In this document: positions 34,513-45,694 of the stretch, in pieces
How the letters are laid out: each line of letters opens with the position of its first letter
Position numbering within the stretch: the first letter of the stretch is position 1
NCBI GenBank assembly: GCA_022614965.1
Contig: JAKEHO010000116.1
Span: forward strand, 5,399-69,398
Direction of reading: 5' to 3'
Source of the DNA: Gammaproteobacteria bacterium
GTDB taxonomy: Bacteria; Pseudomonadota; Gammaproteobacteria; JAKEHO01
Length of the DNA stretch: 64,000 bases
Notes under the pieces: model-generated
The model's database searches: none
Seen by the model: only the letters and a program-made list of their open reading frames with translations
Told to the model about the DNA's origin: nothing
Translations under genes and position numbers: made by a program

Positions 34513-35676
34513 ATGAAGAGAAACGCCCTTCTCATTTTTGCGGTGATTACCATCGTCGTGATCGGGGCTGCGGCGCTTGTTGTGTATCAACGCGCGCCAC
34601 AAACCGAGATTGAGAAAGCTGTTCTCTTTCCGGAGCTCCTGCCTAACATCAACGACGTGGCACGTGTTGAAATCCGCGAAAAAAACGAGGGCATCACCCT
34701 CACACGAAAAGGTGACGCATGGGTGCTGGAGAGCGGAGGTGGCTATCCCGCACTCTTCGAAAAGGTAAAAACAACTGTTGTGAGTATTGCAAAACTACGC
34801 GTGCTTGAAGGAAAGACTAAAAACCCCGGTCTCTATTCAAAGCTGGGTGTGGAGGGTATCGATGACAAAAACTCAAGGTCGATCTTGATCACACTCCAAG
34901 ATCAGGCAGGGAACACAATAGCTTCAATCATCATCGGAAAAGAACGAGTGGTCAGAACCGGGATTGGCCCCGCCTCGCTCTACGTCCGCAAGCCAGATGC
35001 CGTCCAAGCGCTGCTGGTTGAAGGTGATCTCGACATCGCAGCGACTGTCACGAGCTGGGTGAACCCGGACATTGTCAACATAGCATCAGACCGGGTCCGC
35101 GAAGTGATTATTGAACACCCCGACGGAAATCGAGTGGATATCAGCAGAGCAAGCACGAAGGAAAAAGCCTACACGTTAGCGGATATTCCCGAGGGTGCGA
35201 AATTGACATCGCAAGTTACGCTCAACAGCATGGCAACAGCCCTAGAAGATTTTCGCCTAGAGGATGTTAAGGCAAAGGGCAATCCCTCTACCGAGAACAG
35301 TAGGACGACGACGGTGAAGACGTTTGACGGTTTAGTCGCGATGATCACTACGACCAAAGTTGGTGATAAGGCTTACTCAACATTTAGCTTCGCATTCGAT
35401 CCATCAGCCGTGATGGCCGATGAAGGCGGTGATCACGAGAGGTCAAACGAGGAAGGCCAAGAAACCGAAGCGGCCAACGAAGAACAACAGCAAATTAAAC
35501 TTAAGAAAAAAGAAGAAGTACAGGAGGAGGTGGTGGCGCTCAACAAGGCGCTCTCTGATTGGGTCTTCGCAATCCCCGATTTCAAGGCCGACATCCTGAC
35601 AAAGAAACTGGGCGACCTCGTCAAATCCGAGAATCAGGAAGCGAAATCTGAATCTTTGATCCTGCCCAAACAATAA
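34513..35676 (+). CDS. DUF4340-like N-anchored protein
   Basis: N-terminal TM helix and repeated beta-rich modules, plus an acidic/lysine low-complexity stretch (EEGQETEAANEEQQQIKLKKKEEVQEEV). Usual partner of GldG-like genes. Confidence 0.65.
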   Translation: MKRNALLIFAVITIVVIGAAALVVYQRAPQTEIEKAVLFPELLPNINDVARVEIREKNEGITLTRKGDAWVLESGGGYPALFEKVKTTVVSIAKLRVLEGKTKNPGLYSKLGVEGIDDKNSRSILITLQDQAGNTIASIIIGKERVVRTGIGPASLYVRKPDAVQALLVEGDLDIAATVTSWVNPDIVNIASDRVREVIIEHPDGNRVDISRASTKEKAYTLADIPEGAKLTSQVTLNSMATALEDFRLEDVKAKGNPSTENSRTTTVKTFDGLVAMITTTKVGDKAYSTFSFAFDPSAVMADEGGDHERSNEEGQETEAANEEQQQIKLKKKEEVQEEVVALNKALSDWVFAIPDFKADILTKKLGDLVKSENQEAKSESLILPKQ

Positions 35677-35994
35677 CGGCTCGATTAAGCGGCTGGAGGG
35701 AAGTCCGTATTTCCAGTGCATTCGACGCTCTACTACCCTGCTAACGAACCCAGACTCGATCGCGTTTCACTCATCCCCGGGTGGTTGGCTATTCAACGCC
35801 CTAAAGCGCGGTGCCTGAAGGCACCCCTTATCGAATTTTCGCCGAGCGACGCCCCCATAGCGGCCACCTCGGCACGCCGCGCCGCATGCAGCCTACGTGT
35901 GATCAGGTGGCTCCCTCGCGTGCACACACCAGCACTCAGGGGCTATACTTGCCGGCCACGTCTCTCTTCCAGGGGGCCCTTCTTGCACAAAAGA

Positions 35995-36933
35995 GTGAAT
36001 TCATCCAACAAGCGTGACATCACAACCTTTCAAGGACTGATCTTGGCGCTGCAGGACTATTGGGCCGCTCAGGGATGTGTTCTAGAGCAACCCTATGACA
36101 TGGAAGTGGGCGCCGCCACCTTTCATCCGACCACCTTCCTTCGGGCAATCGGCCCAGAACCGTGGAATACGGCTTTTGTGCAGCCGGTCAGACGGCCTAC
36201 AGACGGGCGGTATGGCGAAAATCCCAATCGCTTGCAGCGCTACTATCAATTTCAGGTGTTGCTCAAGCCGTCCCCCCAAGATATCCAGGAACTCTACTTG
36301 GGCTCGCTGGAATATCTCGGGGTTGACCCATTGGTTCACGACATCCGTTTCGTGGAAGACGATTGGGAATCGCCAACCCTTGGCGCCTGGGGTTTGGGCT
36401 GGGAGGTTTGGCTAAATAGCATGGAAATCACCCAGTTCACGTATTTCCAGCAAGTCGGTGGTTTAGACTGCTATCCGGTTTCAGGGGAGATCACCTATGG
36501 CTTGGAACGCATTGCCATGTACCTGCAAGATGCGCGCAGCGTCTTTGACCTGATTTGGGCCCGTACCGACCTAGGTGCGATTACTTATGGGGAGAATTAC
36601 CAACAATATGAAAAGGAGATGTCCAGTTACAACTTCGACGGAACCGATACCCAGTCCCTACTCAAATGGTTTGACGCTTGCGAGGCAGAAAGCAAGAAAC
36701 TGATCAAGTTAGGCTTGCCATTAGCGGCTTATGAGCTGGTGCTCAAGGCCTCACACCTTTTTAATCTTCTCGATTCGCGCCACGCCATATCGGTCAGCGA
36801 ACGTCAGCGTTTTATCCTCCGTGTGAGGAGCATGGCGCGAGCCGTTGCTGGATCCTATCTTGAACGGCGAGAGGCATTGGGATTTCCATTGCTACAAGTG
36901 CCCAGCGGAAAGACCACCAAGGCCCAAGCATAA
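35995..36933 (+). CDS. glyQ: glycine--tRNA ligase subunit alpha
   Basis: [18 protein letters not shown] and the rest align with GlyQ. Start set to the in-frame GTG at 35995; the 93 upstream codons of the track ORF are Arg/Pro-rich and not family-like. Confidence 0.92.
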   Translation: MNSSNKRDITTFQGLILALQDYWAAQGCVLEQPYDMEVGAATFHPTTFLRAIGPEPWNTAFVQPVRRPTDGRYGENPNRLQRYYQFQVLLKPSPQDIQELYLGSLEYLGVDPLVHDIRFVEDDWESPTLGAWGLGWEVWLNSMEITQFTYFQQVGGLDCYPVSGEITYGLERIAMYLQDARSVFDLIWARTDLGAITYGENYQQYEKEMSSYNFDGTDTQSLLKWFDACEAESKKLIKLGLPLAAYELVLKASHLFNLLDSRHAISVSERQRFILRVRSMARAVAGSYLERREALGFPLLQVPSGKTTKAQA

Positions 36934-36946
36934 CGCTCGGAAAGCG

Positions 36947-39067
36947 ATGCCAACCCCGCGTAGAACCCCAAAAGCACATGCCCACAAACAGGCCAGGCCT
37001 GCACACGACCTGCTGATCGAGATCGGCACGGAAGAATTGCCCCCAAAGGCCCTGAAATCCCTTTCCGTGGCCTTTGGCAGTGGCATCACCGACGCGGTCG
37101 AAAAACTGGGGCTGCGATTTGACGAGGCCTCGCTCTACGCCACACCTCGTCGACTGGGTGTGTTGCTAGCCGGATTGTGCGCCACACAAGCCGATAAAGA
37201 AGTCGAGCGACGTGGGCCAACCCTCTCGGCCGCGTTTGACTCGAAGGGCAAGGCCACCCCTGCGGCAGAAGGATTTGCGCGTTCTTGCGGGGTGAAGGTT
37301 GAGGCCCTTGAGCGTTACGAGACCCCAAAAGGCGGCTGGCTCCTCTACCGCTCGCGGGCAAAAGGCCAGCGAAGCGAACAACTTGTCGCAGACATCGTCC
37401 GCGAGGCGCTAGCAACACTTCCCATCCCCAAACGCATGCGCTGGGGCGCTGGCAAGGAAGACTTCGTTCGTCCCGTCCACTGGGTAGTGCTGTTGTATGG
37501 TAATACCGTCATCGAGGCAGAGATCTTGGGTGTGGCTTCGGGGAGGGCGACCCGTGGGCATCGCTTTCACCACCCGGGCCTTATCGCACTCTCGAATCCA
37601 TCCGAATACGCCTCCGCACTGGAGAGAGAGGGTTATGTCATACCCGGATTCGAGGGACGGCGCGAGCGGATCCGGAACCAGGTAGAGGCCGCAGCGACTA
37701 CGCTTCGAGGGACGGCGGTGATTGAGGAATCACTGTTAGATGAGGTCACGGCGCTGGTGGAATGGCCAACTGCCCTCTCGGGAGCTTTCGACAAGACATT
37801 TCTGAAGCTCCCGGCCGAGGTACTCATCGCCACCATGACAGACAAATTGAAATACTTTCACGTGGTGGACAAGAAAGGCCAGCTTCTACCCAATTTCATT
37901 GCCGTTTCCAACATCGAAAGCCGAAGACCTGAAGTGGTTCGGCAAGGTAATGAACGAGTGATTCGCCCTAGACTCAGCGATGCTGCCTTCTTCTGGGAGC
38001 AGGACCGTCGAACGACCTTAGCCAAGCGCAGAAGTGATCTCAAAGGCGTGATTTTCCAGAGCAGGCTCGGGACCTTGTACGAGAAATCTGAACGCGTCGC
38101 GAACCTCGCCGAACACATCGCCTCACAACTCGGTGCCAATCGTGTGTGGGCCCGGCGCACCGGCGAGCTATCAAAATGCGACCTTGTCACACAGATGGTC
38201 GGGGAATTCCCGGAACTTCAGGGAGTTATGGGCCGCTACTGCGCCCTGCACGATGGTGAGCCGGATGAGGTGGCCCGAGCCTTGGATGAACAATACAGAC
38301 CCAGGTTCGCGGGGGATGCCCTACCCGCAACCCCCATCGGGCAAGGGCTCGCCCTAGCCGATAAATTGGACACCCTGGTGGGGATCTTTGCTATCGGCAA
38401 TCCACCCTCAGGCGACAAAGATCCCTTTGGGCTGCGTCGGGCCGCGCTAGGGTGCTTACGTATCCTGATCGAAGGCGAATTGGATCTGGACTTGGAAGAT
38501 CTCCTCGCTGCAGCAGCGAGTAACTACCCGGATCTGCAAAGCCCCTCCAAAGTCATTGATGAGGTTTACAATTTCATGATGGAGCGCTTGCGCCGCTATT
38601 ACCTCGACGATGGAATTCGAACGGACGTTTTTGAGGCGGTGCTCGCACGCCGACCCACACGGCCGTACGACTTTCACCGGCGCATACGCGCCGTGGCCGA
38701 TTTCTGCGGGCTGCCCCAGGCCGAAAGCCTCGCTGCAGCTAACAAGCGTATCCGTAATATCTTGAAACAGGCTGGCAAGGTCATCAAAGACCGGGTAGCA
38801 GAGACACTGCTTGATGAACCCGCTGAGCGACACCTCGCGGCTCAACTCGCGGAAACTGATGCCAGAGTGAGACCCTTATTGGAGAAGAATGATTACACGG
38901 CCGCCTTGACACAGCTTGCTGGTCTGCGGGACAGTGTTGATGCGTTCTTTGATAATGTGTTGGTAATGTGCGAAGACGAAGATTTGAAAAACAATCGTTT
39001 GGCGCTTCTAAAAAATCTACACGCATTGTTCCTTGAAGCGGCCGACATTTCACGATTGCAGGGATAG
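36947..39067 (+). CDS. glyS: glycine--tRNA ligase subunit beta
   Basis: LLIEIGTEELPPKAL near the N-terminus. ATG at 36947 gives a ~20-aa basic leader (MPTPRRTPKAHAHKQARPAHD) before the conserved start. Confidence 0.92.
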   Translation: MPTPRRTPKAHAHKQARPAHDLLIEIGTEELPPKALKSLSVAFGSGITDAVEKLGLRFDEASLYATPRRLGVLLAGLCATQADKEVERRGPTLSAAFDSKGKATPAAEGFARSCGVKVEALERYETPKGGWLLYRSRAKGQRSEQLVADIVREALATLPIPKRMRWGAGKEDFVRPVHWVVLLYGNTVIEAEILGVASGRATRGHRFHHPGLIALSNPSEYASALEREGYVIPGFEGRRERIRNQVEAAATTLRGTAVIEESLLDEVTALVEWPTALSGAFDKTFLKLPAEVLIATMTDKLKYFHVVDKKGQLLPNFIAVSNIESRRPEVVRQGNERVIRPRLSDAAFFWEQDRRTTLAKRRSDLKGVIFQSRLGTLYEKSERVANLAEHIASQLGANRVWARRTGELSKCDLVTQMVGEFPELQGVMGRYCALHDGEPDEVARALDEQYRPRFAGDALPATPIGQGLALADKLDTLVGIFAIGNPPSGDKDPFGLRRAALGCLRILIEGELDLDLEDLLAAAASNYPDLQSPSKVIDEVYNFMMERLRRYYLDDGIRTDVFEAVLARRPTRPYDFHRRIRAVADFCGLPQAESLAAANKRIRNILKQAGKVIKDRVAETLLDEPAERHLAAQLAETDARVRPLLEKNDYTAALTQLAGLRDSVDAFFDNVLVMCEDEDLKNNRLALLKNLHALFLEAADISRLQG

Positions 39068-39123
39068 AGTTCGGGCTCTAGAAAAAATTCTCCTAACCGA
39101 TAGTTGATGAAGCGAGCAACAAT

Positions 39124-39663
39124 ATGGCGTTGATCATTCTAGACCGCGACGGTGTCATCAATTACGATGCCGATGACTTCGTCAAATCACCTGATGAATG
39201 GACACCAATCCCCGGCAGTCTGGAGGCCATCGCACGCCTGTCGCGCAACGGTTACCGGGTGGTCGTGGCCAGCAACCAATCCGGCCTCGCACGCCGCTTG
39301 TTCGACATCGAGAGCTTAAATAGCATTCACCAGAAGATGCATAGACAGCTTGCTGAGGTGGGTGGTGTAGTTGAAGCGATTTTCTTCTGCCCCCACGGAT
39401 CCAAGGACGGTTGCGAGTGTCGCAAACCGCGCGCAGGCCTCTTCAGAGAAATCGCAGCAAGGCTGCATATATCAATGGAGAACGTTCCAGCAGTCGGTGA
39501 TAGTCAAAGCGATATCGAGGCGGCGAGAAATGCGGGTGCCAAACCCGTGCTCGTGCTCACCGGCAAAGGTCAAGAGACACTGGATAAAGGCGACGGACTA
39601 GACGACGTGCCCGTTTATCGTGATCTTGCCGCCTTTGTCGAAGAGCTTTTGGGAGAAGGTTGA
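39124..39663 (+). CDS. gmhB: D-glycero-beta-D-manno-heptose 1,7-bisphosphate 7-phosphatase
   Basis: HAD motif LILDRDGVIN and the zinc-site CPHGSKDGCECRKP. Confidence 0.88.
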   Translation: MALIILDRDGVINYDADDFVKSPDEWTPIPGSLEAIARLSRNGYRVVVASNQSGLARRLFDIESLNSIHQKMHRQLAEVGGVVEAIFFCPHGSKDGCECRKPRAGLFREIAARLHISMENVPAVGDSQSDIEAARNAGAKPVLVLTGKGQETLDKGDGLDDVPVYRDLAAFVEELLGEG

Positions 39664-39670
39664 TCATCAG

Positions 39671-40393
39671 ATGCTGTTCGTCCGCTCCTGCCTGTTCTAC
39701 GCAGGCCTTGGTGTATCGACCCTCATTTTTTCTCCCCTTAGCATTCTGATCTTTCCTATGCCCTTTCTCTGGCGCTACCGGTTTATCTCCGGCTGGACCA
39801 GTTTCAACCTGTGGTGGCTAAAGATCACCTGCGGGATTGCCTACCAAGTGGAATATCCGGAAAACATTCCGAAGCAAACGGCCATTGTGATGTGTAAGCA
39901 CCAATCAGCGTGGGAGACCCTATCCTTGCAGCAGATATTTCCGCCTCACGTCTTCGTCATCAAACGGGAACTGTTGTGGTTCCCACTCTTTGGCTGGGCA
40001 CTGGCAACACTGGAGCCCATCGCCATTGACCGGGCGGCAAGGGGCAGAGCGCTCAAGCAGATCATCCAGCAAGGGACAGAACGGCTCCATGCCGGCCGCT
40101 GGGTAATCATCTTCCCCGAGGGGACACGGGTGGCATCTGGTAAGCGCGGACCATACCTGCCAGGTGGCGGGCTGCTCGCGGAAAAGACGGGTTATCCGGT
40201 CGTGCCCGTGGCCCATAACGCCGGTGCGTTCTGGCCACGCAAGAGGCTCATTAAACGGCCAGGGACTATCCGCGTGGTCATCGGTCCCGTCATCGAGTCG
40301 CGAGGAAAGACGGCAGACGAGATCAGGCGGCAAGCCGAGGATTGGATCGAGCACACCATGCAGAGCCTCACTGCGCACACCGCGCTGTCATAA
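39671..40393 (+). CDS. 1-acyl-sn-glycerol-3-phosphate acyltransferase family protein
   Basis: KHQSAWE (HX4D/E) and IIFPEGTR acyltransferase blocks. Start at ATG 39671, downstream of the gmhB stop. Confidence 0.85.
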   Translation: MLFVRSCLFYAGLGVSTLIFSPLSILIFPMPFLWRYRFISGWTSFNLWWLKITCGIAYQVEYPENIPKQTAIVMCKHQSAWETLSLQQIFPPHVFVIKRELLWFPLFGWALATLEPIAIDRAARGRALKQIIQQGTERLHAGRWVIIFPEGTRVASGKRGPYLPGGGLLAEKTGYPVVPVAHNAGAFWPRKRLIKRPGTIRVVIGPVIESRGKTADEIRRQAEDWIEHTMQSLTAHTALS

Positions 40394-41086
40394 GGCCTTA
40401 ATCAGCTCCTGCTCCTGAAAGGCGCCGGCGATGCGCCCGCTCCAGAGTTCTGCATCTGCCTTGAGGCCCTCGGGGACCCTCTCATCGCTGACAATGTCGG
40501 ATATGGCAGGTCGACCACCAGGCTTCAGTACCCGCTTAATCTCGTTGACCCGCTGGCGCTTCGCACTATCTTCGACCAGATTAAGCACGCAATTGGAGAT
40601 AACAACATCCACAGAATGATCCGCGATCAGGGGGGGCGTTCAAGCGTTGTTCAGCCTGCCATTCCTGCAGGCGAACATAATCCGAGGCCGCAACCACAGG
40701 GTGCTCAGCGAGATAGCCCTCAAGTGCCTCCACATCGAGCGCCAGATCCTGGATATAGCCCTTGAGGAACTGCGCTCTGACGCCGCCGAGCTTACTGGCC
40801 ATTTCACCTTGATACTTTCGTGCCAGGGCAAGCATGTCATCGTTTATATCGACGCCAATCGCCCGCCCCGTCTGGCCGACTAACTGGGCCGCGATATAGC
40901 AGACCTTTCCACTGCCACTACCGAGATCAAGTACCACATCACCTTGGTGAACGTAATGGGTTGGATCACCACAGGCGTAGTCCTGCGCAGTAGCTCTGAG
41001 TCATAATCCACGGCACAACAGAGAGCCTGCTGTTTTTCCTTTGCGCCCTTGGAATAGCGTTCAGATACTGCCGATAGAACGTTCAT
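40388..41086 (-). pseudogene. ArsM-like SAM-dependent methyltransferase, disrupted (three frame fragments, C-terminus missing)
   Basis: Fragments 41086-40880 (MNVLSAVSERYSKGAKEKQQALCC...), 40937-40581 (VLDLGSGSGKVCYIAAQLVG...) and 40612-40388 (DVVISNCVLNLV...KPGGRPAISDIV) are successive parts of one protein in three frames. Frame changes occur near 40983-40990 and in a G7 run at 40630-40636. Confidence 0.75.
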
Positions 41087-41267
41087 CCGGTACTCCTCAT
41101 GTCATTCAGCGCCATTTTGTGCGGCCCCTAAATTGACAAATTTTACCAATTGTCGTTGCGACGGTCACAAGAATAAAAACAGCCCATCCTATGTTTCGTG
41201 ATACGACAGGGGTACACGCAGCTACCCGGCGGGGATCTAGCCGCATAGAGCGACAACCGGGATATAA

Positions 41268-42341
<1,074 letters not shown>

Positions 42342-42407
42342 GCCTGAATTGCGCCTTTGCTGAGGCGACCAACATCATGGCAACGCCCTTGGGGGATAGC
42401 TATTGGA

Positions 42408-42755
42408 ATGCCGGATGAACCTCGGACGAAGACGGAGTTAGCCGAACAAGAAGGGAGCATCGTTATGGGGATGGTCTGGATGGGGGTCATCTCGCTCTTA
42501 TTATTTTGGTTGCCGGCGATCGGTTCGCTGCTGGCGGGGATTATCGGCGGCAAGGTCGCAGGTGGTGTTAGCGCCGGCTTAATCGCGGCGTTATTACCCA
42601 GCATTCTCTTTGGCATCATCTTATTCATTTTTGCCACGAGCCTGACGGGTTTACCGCTTGTCGGCGCGCTTGCAGGGGCTGGGGGTCTCGTCTTGGCCCT
42701 GTCCCACGTCGGGATGCTTCTACTTGGCGCCATCATCGGGGGCCTGCTGGCATAA
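42408..42755 (+). CDS. small glycine-rich membrane protein, unknown function
   Basis: Three or four TM helices rich in GxxxG (LLAGIIGGKVAGGVSAGLIAALL...). The antisense 170-aa ORF has shadow-like Pro/Arg/Ser composition. Start is either 42357 or 42408. Confidence 0.55.
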   Translation: MPDEPRTKTELAEQEGSIVMGMVWMGVISLLLFWLPAIGSLLAGIIGGKVAGGVSAGLIAALLPSILFGIILFIFATSLTGLPLVGALAGAGGLVLALSHVGMLLLGAIIGGLLA

Positions 42756-42982
42756 TGCGATGAAATCATTCCCGACATGAGGCAATAACCGAATCGGAAT
42801 CTCATGCGCAACTAGGAACGTAGGACATTGCGACCGTACTGCCCGGATCCATACGCTCTAACGAAGTTGGCCTACCCAAATAACGACTGAGGCAGCACAG
42901 AAATGACGGGAACGACACTGGCAAGGGGACATTCGTCGAGCCCAAGCACCTAAGGAACAACGGGATCTGGCCATTCAAAAAC

Positions 42983-44386
42983 CTACTGATCGATACCCAG
43001 CTCTCTGATCTTGCGGGTCAGCGTATTTCGACCCCAGCCTAGAAATTTTGCCGCATCCTGTCGGCGACCGCCGGTTCGATCAAGCGCTGCCTCAATCATG
43101 ATCCGCTCAAACCGGGGTAAAGCCTGCTGCACAATAGCGATCTCGCCACGTGAGAGACAGCGCTCTACCCAGGCCCGCAGCATGCGTTCCCAATTGTCAT
43201 CGCCGAAATCGGATGTCACGCTGCCCCGCAGCTCCGGCGGTAGATCCCCAATACGGATCTCCTGACTAGGCGCCATCACCGTAACCCAGCGGCACACGTT
43301 TTCAATTTGCCTGACATTCCCCGGCCAATCCAGACCCTTAAGAAACGCTTCTGCCTCTGGCAACAAGGTCTTCGGCAGTACACCCGGTTCCTTCGCGGCC
43401 GTCGTCAGAAAGTGCTTCGCCAGTGACGGAATGTCTTCCCGTCGCTCGCGTATCGCCGGCAGATGGACACGAATGACGTTCAGACGATGGAACAGATCTT
43501 CACGAAAAGCACCGTTCTTGACTCGCACGTCCAGATCTTGGTGGGTTGCAGCGATCACACGCACATCCACCGTGATGGGGATTTGCCCACCGACACGATA
43601 AAAGTCCCCCTCGGCCAATACGCGCAAAAGCCGCGTCTGGAGTTCCGCAGGCATGTCGCCAATCTCATCCAGAAACAAGGTGCCGCCATTGGCCTGCTCA
43701 AAGCGGCCGATGCGCTCGCCCGCGGCACCAGTGAAAGCGCCGCGCTCGTGACCGAAGAGTTCCGATTCCAGCAAGTCACGCGGGATCGCCGCAGTATTGA
43801 GTGCAATGAAAGGTTTGCCTGCACGCAGACTGTGGCGGTGCAACGCGCGCGCAACCAGTTCCTTCCCCGTTCCCGATTCGCCGGTAATTAGCACAGTGAC
43901 ATGTGAGCGCGCCAGTCTTCCAATCGCCCGAAATACCTCTTGCATTGCGGGGGCAGCACCAATGATCTCCGGCATTTTGACCTCCACGCCCTCCGACTCA
44001 TGTGCTGCACGCCTATGATTCTCCGTGACCGCGCGCTGGACTAAGCCGACTACCTCATCAACATCAAAAGGTTTTGAAAGATATTCAAACGCCCCCTCTT
44101 TGAATGACGCAACCGCCCTATCAAGGTCCGAATACGCGGTCATAATAATCACCGGCAGATTTGGGTGATCGCGCTTAACTTCCTTGAGCATAGTCAGACC
44201 GTCACTCCCCGGCATCCGGATGTCAGAGATAATGACGTCAGGCACCTCAATTCTAAGCCGCGCCATGATCGTCTCCGCGTTATCGAAGCTCGTCACATTC
44301 ATATCTGCCTGCATGAGCGCCTTCTCCAACACCCAGCGGATCGAACGATCATCATCCACAATCCAGACGTCGTGTTTTCTATCCAT
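42983..44386 (-). CDS. ntrC: nitrogen regulation response regulator NtrC (sigma54 activator)
   Basis: Receiver domain (VWIVDDDRSIRWVL...DIRMPG), AAA+ Walker A GESGTGKE, sigma54-contact GAFTGA and a C-terminal HTH. The ATG at 44386 overlaps the ntrB stop by 8 nt. Confidence 0.93.
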   Translation of the reverse strand: MDRKHDVWIVDDDRSIRWVLEKALMQADMNVTSFDNAETIMARLRIEVPDVIISDIRMPGSDGLTMLKEVKRDHPNLPVIIMTAYSDLDRAVASFKEGAFEYLSKPFDVDEVVGLVQRAVTENHRRAAHESEGVEVKMPEIIGAAPAMQEVFRAIGRLARSHVTVLITGESGTGKELVARALHRHSLRAGKPFIALNTAAIPRDLLESELFGHERGAFTGAAGERIGRFEQANGGTLFLDEIGDMPAELQTRLLRVLAEGDFYRVGGQIPITVDVRVIAATHQDLDVRVKNGAFREDLFHRLNVIRVHLPAIRERREDIPSLAKHFLTTAAKEPGVLPKTLLPEAEAFLKGLDWPGNVRQIENVCRWVTVMAPSQEIRIGDLPPELRGSVTSDFGDDNWERMLRAWVERCLSRGEIAIVQQALPRFERIMIEAALDRTGGRRQDAAKFLGWGRNTLTRKIRELGIDQ

Positions 44387-45443
44387 TCTCTCGCTCCAAA
44401 GGAAGCCAGACAGTGAACACGGTTTCCCCCGGCTGACTATCAAACTCGATTAAGCCGCCGTGCAGCTGGATCAGCATCTGCGCAATAGGCAATCCAAGGC
44501 CCGTGCCGTTAGCGCGACCGGTGACCATGGGATAAAAAATGCCGTGTTCAATCTCAGGCGGGATGCCGGGGCCATTGTCGATGACATCCAGGCGAATCAC
44601 CAGCTTGTACCGTTTTTGTCCGATTGTGATTTGACGCTCCGGACGCGTTCGCAAGGTGATCTCACCTGATGCACCTACTGCCTCCACCGCGTTTCGCATA
44701 ATATTCAACAACGCTTGAATCAGTTGTTCGCGATCCGCTTGCAACTCAGGCAGGCTCGGATCGTAGTCGCGCACGATCCTCACCTCGGCAGTAATCTCCG
44801 CTTCCACAAGACTGCAGAGATACTCCAGCACTTCATGAATATTGACAGAGCGCTTCTTTGGAAGACTGTGAGGAGCCAGCATACGGTCCACTAAGCGCTG
44901 CAGGCGATCCGCCTCCCCGATGATGATGCGCGTATATTCTGCAAGCGCGGCGTTATTCAATTCACGCCCAAGCAGCTGAGCCGCGCCTCGGAGTCCGCCC
45001 AGCGGATTTTTGATCTCGTGGGCCATGCCCCGAACCAGCGCTCTGACGGCTTCGTGCTGGGTTATCAGTGCCTCTTCCCGAGCGATCCGCCGGCGCACAT
45101 CTGCATTGATGAGCTCCACTAAAAGCTCCATCGGCGCCTCTTCGTCATTGACCGGGGTCACCGTATAATCCACGGTCACCGCCTTACCGAGCGCAAGCTG
45201 CAAGTGCATCCCCCGTTCTATCAGCGGCTCCTGTGTTGCAGAGGACCGTTCCAGCGTGCCAGTGAACATCGGTGCATCTGGCCAGATCTCTTGGGCCTTG
45301 AGTCCCACCACGTGACGAGCGCTCACCGACAGGAGGTCCTCACCGGAGGTGTTGATGGCAACAAGCCTGAGCTCTCGGTCAAACATTAAGACGGCGGTAG
45401 TGAGATGATCGAATAGACGCCGGGCTTCTTCCGATTTGATCAT
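44379..45443 (-). CDS. ntrB: nitrogen regulation sensor kinase NtrB
   Basis: PAS-like N-terminus, H-box HEIKNPLGG and G-box GTGLGL. Start set to the ATG at 45443 (MIKSEEARRLF...), because the longer ORF would read through an NtrC operator. Confidence 0.9.
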   Translation of the reverse strand: MIKSEEARRLFDHLTTAVLMFDRELRLVAINTSGEDLLSVSARHVVGLKAQEIWPDAPMFTGTLERSSATQEPLIERGMHLQLALGKAVTVDYTVTPVNDEEAPMELLVELINADVRRRIAREEALITQHEAVRALVRGMAHEIKNPLGGLRGAAQLLGRELNNAALAEYTRIIIGEADRLQRLVDRMLAPHSLPKKRSVNIHEVLEYLCSLVEAEITAEVRIVRDYDPSLPELQADREQLIQALLNIMRNAVEAVGASGEITLRTRPERQITIGQKRYKLVIRLDVIDNGPGIPPEIEHGIFYPMVTGRANGTGLGLPIAQMLIQLHGGLIEFDSQPGETVFTVWLPLERENG

Positions 45444-45460
45444 GGCAATCAGCCCATTAT

Positions 45461-45477
45461 TGCACCATCTTGGTGCA
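45461..45477. promoter_or_regulatory. perfect NtrC-type operator just upstream of ntrB
   Basis: TGCACCATCTTGGTGCA is an exact 17-bp palindrome of the form TGCACCA-N3-TGGTGCA, 17 nt upstream of the proposed ntrB ATG. Confidence 0.7.
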
Positions 45478-45694
45478 GACGATACCCCATGGATCGGCAT
45501 GGCTCAGCAAGGCGTAACACCACAATTCAATCGGATTAACTATCAATAACTTACCTCGTGCTCACCGCGAAGATCACGACATCGTTTGAGCATGCAGGCG
45601 AGCCCAGAGAGGACCAGGCAAGATTGAGGCCAAACCGGGCTCGGCTATCGCCCATCGGGGCCTTCACACCAATCACATCGAGAAGTTTGAAAGA

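Noticed and set aside
35716-35994. 93-codon N-terminal extension of the glyQ ORF, and similarly 36845-36946 for glyS
   Set aside because: The extension (…[34 protein letters not shown]…) is not GlyQ-like. The conserved N-terminus begins right after an in-frame GTG at 35995. An inverted repeat GCCACCT…AGGTGGC (about 35868-35915) was noted in this leader, but I could not tie it to any known element.
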